A DNA stretch of 64,000 nucleotides from a virus (lineage: Duplodnaviria > Caudoviricetes), in the IMG/VR virus record IMGVR_UViG_2700989099_000001, positions 64,547 through 128,546 of that record. One strand, given 5' to 3'. Positions within the stretch are counted from its first letter, which is position 1. Each line of letters opens with the position of its first letter. The notes below the pieces were generated by a model, which saw nothing but the letters and a program-made list of their open reading frames with translations, ran no database searches and was not told the origin of the DNA. The position numbers were made by a program, and so were the translations under genes. Of the stretch, positions 60,471 to 64,000 are shown one piece after another.

Positions 60471-61796
60471 TTAACCCTCGTCTAATAAATTTGCCATTTG
60501 TGCAACATCTGAACGTTCCGTTTTATCTAAAGTTACCTGAGCATACAAGTCTTGGTGTTTAAGTTTTCGTAGTGCATCAACACCATTATTATACTTAAAC
60601 TTGTTGCTATCAGTCTGTTCACTATCCCCATTGAACCAAATTTGAGAACCATCAGATACACGACTCAACAATAATTGAATATGTTCACGTGTATTAGATT
60701 GTGCTTCCGTTACATAGATAATTGCATTTTTAATATCACGACCACGAATGAAACCTAAGTGTTGTACTTCAATTTTTCCTTTAAACATCAGTTCGTCTAA
60801 AATAGTCTCATCTCCACCTAGGTGGTCAACCATAGGCATCAAAAATGGTTTTAATTTTTCTTCAAGACTATTTGGTAAAAATCCAATTGGATTAGAATCT
60901 TTAACCTCGATATTATTACGTACCCAAATTAATTTGTCAATTGGACTGCGTTCATCCATTACTAATGATAGAGCTTGACCTAACATTAGATAATCTTTTC
61001 CAGCACCGAATGTTCCAAATAAAGCTTTGACTTTAGTATCTGGGTCTTTTAACATATCAATAGCACAGCGTTGACGAACGTTACGTGGTTTAATATTCTC
61101 TTGATACCCTTTTATTACAGGTGTTCCAATTCTTTTGAATCCATATTTATGATTATATTTGAATACCCCAACTTCTTTATATCCAACATGTTCATTTTGA
61201 CTATTGTAGGTTTTCTGTTCCTTATCTAAAAATACAATATATTGGTTATTAATAAATGATGTGCTTTGTGTATATTTGTAATCTTCTTCATTTTCATAAC
61301 GATAAATTTCTGTTTCTATTCTATCTAAGAAAATTTCCCCAGAACCATCTTCTTCATCACCATTAATAAATATATTTGTGACACCTTCATATGGAGTATC
61401 AAAGTCTTTTCCTAAACTTGGAACAATCGTTTCAACATTAGACGCTCTAGCTTTAAGATATAATAGAATATCATTTGTAATAATCCCATAACCTCTATTA
61501 ATTGCATATGTTAATAATTGATTGTCAACATAATCTTTATCATAACTATTTGTAACTGTTGAATCTTCTTTATCATCTAAATCAAAGATATGAGTGTAAT
61601 TATAAGTAATACAGTCAAATAGTAGACGTTTAGCATTTCGAATTTGGTATTGCAATGTTTGATTATCTTTTTTTAATTCAAGATTTTCAATTTCTTTTAA
61701 AACAGCACTTGGAATAACTACATCATATTTTGTTAAAAGGTGTGGGTCATTCAACACAGCATTAGTATCAATAATGTATTTAATCTTTTTGTCCAT
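60471..61796 (-). CDS. phoH: PIN-PhoH fusion protein
   Basis: IIDTNAVL (PIN); GTFGAGK, GFLP, FIRGR, EAQ, GDSEQTD (PhoH). Confidence 0.9.
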   Translation of the reverse strand: MDKKIKYIIDTNAVLNDPHLLTKYDVVIPSAVLKEIENLELKKDNQTLQYQIRNAKRLLFDCITYNYTHIFDLDDKEDSTVTNSYDKDYVDNQLLTYAINRGYGIITNDILLYLKARASNVETIVPSLGKDFDTPYEGVTNIFINGDEEDGSGEIFLDRIETEIYRYENEEDYKYTQSTSFINNQYIVFLDKEQKTYNSQNEHVGYKEVGVFKYNHKYGFKRIGTPVIKGYQENIKPRNVRQRCAIDMLKDPDTKVKALFGTFGAGKDYLMLGQALSLVMDERSPIDKLIWVRNNIEVKDSNPIGFLPNSLEEKLKPFLMPMVDHLGGDETILDELMFKGKIEVQHLGFIRGRDIKNAIIYVTEAQSNTREHIQLLLSRVSDGSQIWFNGDSEQTDSNKFKYNNGVDALRKLKHQDLYAQVTLDKTERSDVAQMANLLDEG

Positions 61797-62148
61797 ATTC
61801 ATCCTCAAATTTTTCTATTTCAGCAATAAGTTCTAAATCTTCTTTACGTTGTTTTACATTACGTTTGAATTTGTCAGCAGGTCTATATTGAATGCGATAA
61901 TAGTCGTCAAACACCTTACTCTCTCTAGCTGTTACATCATAAAAGCTAAATCCTTTAATTAATTTTGTCTTTAGTATCATAACATTCTTCCAGCGGAACT
62001 CTCCTGTCTCACGTAGCTTGGTTGACATATGTCTTTCAAAAGCACTAATAACAGCTTTAACATCCTTCTGTGTTATTCCTAATTTTCGAAGTTCATCATC
62101 TTCCCACACCTCCTGAGACAAAGTCCTATAGTAATCTTTTTTACTCAT
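61780..62148 (-). CDS. HU/IHF-like DNA-binding protein
   Basis: ITQKDVKAVISAF..IQYRPADKFK. Confidence 0.6.
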   Translation of the reverse strand: MSKKDYYRTLSQEVWEDDELRKLGITQKDVKAVISAFERHMSTKLRETGEFRWKNVMILKTKLIKGFSFYDVTARESKVFDDYYRIQYRPADKFKRNVKQRKEDLELIAEIEKFEDEYGQKD

Positions 62149-62408
62149 AATACGTCATCCTCCACAATCATAAGTTTTGTGATAGGCTTATCATTTTCGT
62201 TCAGAAATACGAAATTGAGATTATCTCTGTCAATGAAGACTTTTACGGTACTCATTTCTGATTCATTTGTAAAGTCTTCTGTGTTCTTGTAAGAGTTAAA
62301 TACTCGATACTCTTCAACTAGAGGACTAATCTTAAAGTGAATATCTCTTACTGTAAAAATATTATCTGCATCAACAATGCACTCTTCTAAAAATTTTAAA
62401 TTATTCAA
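62145..62408 (-). CDS. Hypothetical protein
   Basis: ORF in coupled operon. Confidence 0.65.
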   Translation of the reverse strand: MNNLKFLEECIVDADNIFTVRDIHFKISPLVEEYRVFNSYKNTEDFTNESEMSTVKVFIDRDNLNFVFLNENDKPITKLMIVEDDVL

Positions 62409-62737
62409 TCTTCTAAACTATCCTCGATTCCATATTTTATTAATTCCTCCATAGATAAATCTGTAAAAGGAATATTTTTTTTGTCATATCCATTTAATTT
62501 TTTATTTTTATCTCTATGTATAATTGAATTATCTCCTCGTTTATCTTCTTTATCTATGAACCAGATAATATAATTTGAGCATCCATTCAAGAAGAACTTA
62601 ACCTGAGAACTATCCATATTATCTATGATTATTTCATCGTTTTTTGAAATTAACTCATCTACCAGTGTGAGTCTTTGATTAAGACTGTCGAAATCTGGTA
62701 ATTTAATTTCTTCACCGCTAGGTAATTTTAATTTCAT
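62405..62737 (-). CDS. Hypothetical protein
   Basis: ORF in coupled operon. Confidence 0.7.
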   Translation of the reverse strand: MKLKLPSGEEIKLPDFDSLNQRLTLVDELISKNDEIIIDNMDSSQVKFFLNGCSNYIIWFIDKEDKRGDNSIIHRDKNKKLNGYDKKNIPFTDLSMEELIKYGIEDSLED

Positions 62738-63125
62738 TGTTTTCCCTTTTATCCTTTACTGCAACAGAATTTATTTTAAAAGCCATTCTTCTCACTCTAT
62801 TAAAAACAACTTCATTACTTTTCATATTTAATTCTTTTGCTATATTTTCTATATTGACCCCTCCGAGTAACATCTTGATTAACTTGGTGTTCTTCTTGTT
62901 GAAATTACAAACCTCAATATACTCATCTAATTTAGAATAGATATTTTCAACATACTCAACAAGTTCTATGTCAAATTCCCTGTTTTCGAAAGATAGAAAC
63001 TTTGAACGTTGTTGATATGTTACCGCTTCCATAATTGTCTGTTTGTTCAAGATAACATTACGAACAATATTATAATTAGTGAAATCAATGTCACGTTCTA
63101 AAAAATCATTAATTCCTGTATTTAT
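62718..63125 (-). CDS. Protein with C-terminal sigma70 region-4-like HTH (start uncertain, possibly ATA)
   Basis: GVNIENIAKELNM..VFNRVRR; RBS GAGG 8 nt before ATA at 63125. Confidence 0.6.
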   Translation of the reverse strand: MNTGINDFLERDIDFTNYNIVRNVILNKQTIMEAVTYQQRSKFLSFENREFDIELVEYVENIYSKLDEYIEVCNFNKKNTKLIKMLLGGVNIENIAKELNMKSNEVVFNRVRRMAFKINSVAVKDKRENNEIKIT

Positions 63126-63159
63126 TTTTACGTCCTCTTTTCTAATCAGTATACTATAT

Positions 63160-63188
63160 ATTATACCATTTTTAGCCAAAAAAGTCAA
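63160..63188 (-). promoter_or_regulatory. sigma70 promoter at the head of the leftward block
   Basis: Minus strand TTGACT-17-TATAAT with TG. Confidence 0.85.
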
Positions 63189-63239
63189 GTATCATATCAT
63201 ATTTTTTATAGTTTTCTACTATAATATAAACAAGTTTTC

Positions 63240-63342
63240 AAAGCTTGAAAAGCTGTGAGCTATCGCTCACTCTGTCGCTTTTCTGGCGCTTTCTACTCCT
63301 GTCACAGTCAGAGCCTGTTCCAGTTCGTAGGACGGTTATTGT
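63240..63342. repeat. Structured element A (inverted homologue of element B)
   Basis: Shares CTTGAAAAGCTG, CGCTTTTCTGGCG, TCCTKTCAC, AGGAYGGT, TATTGT with the reverse complement of 63563-63660. Confidence 0.85.
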
Positions 63343-63386
63343 GAGTTTTTAAATTAATAAAAAAAAAAGAAGTGCATACTTTTTAC

Positions 63387-63415
63387 TTGACATTTATAAA
63401 ACATTATGGTATAAT
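63387..63415 (+). promoter_or_regulatory. Consensus promoter with no downstream + strand ORF
   Basis: TTGACA-17-TATAAT with TG. Confidence 0.85.
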
Positions 63416-63440
63416 TAAATATATAAAAAAATAATATAAA

Positions 63441-63508
63441 AATAAAACAGGATAACGGTGGTCTCCGTTGTAAAATAAGCAATAAAACAGGACAATGGTG
63501 GTCTCCAT
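63441..63508 (+). repeat. 40-nt-period tandem repeat, 2 copies
   Basis: AATAAAACAGGAYAAYGGTGGTCTCCRT at 63441 and 63481. Confidence 0.9.
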
Positions 63509-63562
63509 AATCTTACTCAGCTCAGAGAGAGTATGTAAGCTGTTAGGTATAAACAGAAAAAG

Positions 63563-63660
63563 ACAATATACCATCCTTTTTCTTGAACGAGCTCAGCTCG
63601 TGAAAGGAAAAGACGACGCCAGAAAAGCGCCCAAGGGCTTTAGCCCAGCTTTTCAAGTCG
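63563..63660. repeat. Structured element B (inverted homologue of element A)
   Basis: See element A; same stems with compensatory changes. Confidence 0.85.
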
Positions 63661-64000
63661 CAAAGAAATAAAATTGAATATGTTGTATTCTTACCTGATG
63701 AGTACAACAGTATGTATATGAAATTCGGCTGAACAAGTATCGAAAAGTAATGAGTTAGGTAGAATAACATCTATTTGTCTTTTTAAGTTGTAATGTAAGT
63801 TACTGTAACCACGAAAGCAGAACGCCCCCTGCATTACGGAAAAAGTTATTCCACCGTTAATCGAAGGTGTCAGGCATGAAGTCGATTTGAGTATATAGGA
63901 TAGATACGAGAGAGGTCTATTATTCTTATATACAATAGGGGGGGAAAAGACCGTTTTCCAACTTTCAAAATTACACCTCCCGAAGGTCCGTTTTTTCAAA

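Larger units (their letters stand above)
63422..64000 (+). ncRNA. Candidate long structured non-coding RNA
   Basis: Strong promoter, no RBS/ORF on + strand, many hairpins whose non-canonical pairs are G-U in the + sense. Confidence 0.4.

Noticed and set aside
921-62940. Numerous short antisense or alternate-frame ORFs in the track
   Set aside because: Shadow ORFs inside well-supported genes, lacking RBS and motifs
63441-63510. Mini CRISPR array
   Set aside because: Only two units, spacer about 12 nt, no cas genes
63695-63725. Hammerhead ribozyme core (CTGATGAG...GAAA)
   Set aside because: Stem II does not close correctly before GAAA, no matching stem III/cleavage triplet found, and the bases fit a simple 10-bp hairpin better
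63543-63999. Two minus-strand ORFs (75 and 102 aa)
   Set aside because: No RBS, atypical composition, overlap structured non-coding elements
1-64000. tRNA genes, group I introns, inteins, reverse transcriptase/DGR
   Set aside because: No cloverleaf or intron core recognised; NrdE, TerL and DnaE have normal lengths; no RT motif found despite the repeated tail modules

Overview
A 64 kb segment of a large, AT-rich siphophage of a low-GC Gram-positive host. Gene content and order most resemble the Lactococcus 949-like group with SPbeta-like architecture (inferred, not searched). Bases 1-22.4 kb (+ strand) carry nucleotide metabolism and replication genes: RtcB, a complete class Ib ribonucleotide reductase set (NrdH/I/E/F plus thioredoxin reductase), guanylate kinase, dUTPase, a subtilase, a DnaE-type polymerase, homing-endonuclease-like genes and many small ORFs, driven by near-consensus sigma70 promoters. 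Bases 22.4-63.2 kb (- strand) carry RuvC, holin, tail-tip/RBP genes, Tal, Dit, a 3275-aa tape measure protein, a tyrosine recombinase, tail/head genes, portal, terminase, a metallophosphoesterase, PIN-PhoH and an HU-like protein. Several genes (nrdF, dnaE, two tail genes) are broken by single-base homopolymer insertions that look like sequencing errors. The most unusual signal is the non-coding end (63.2-64 kb): two inverted ~100-nt elements with conserved, covarying secondary structure flank a strong promoter and a 40-nt tandem repeat, followed by a hairpin-rich tract (candidate origin and/or large ncRNA). Many promoters are also physically fused to hairpins.
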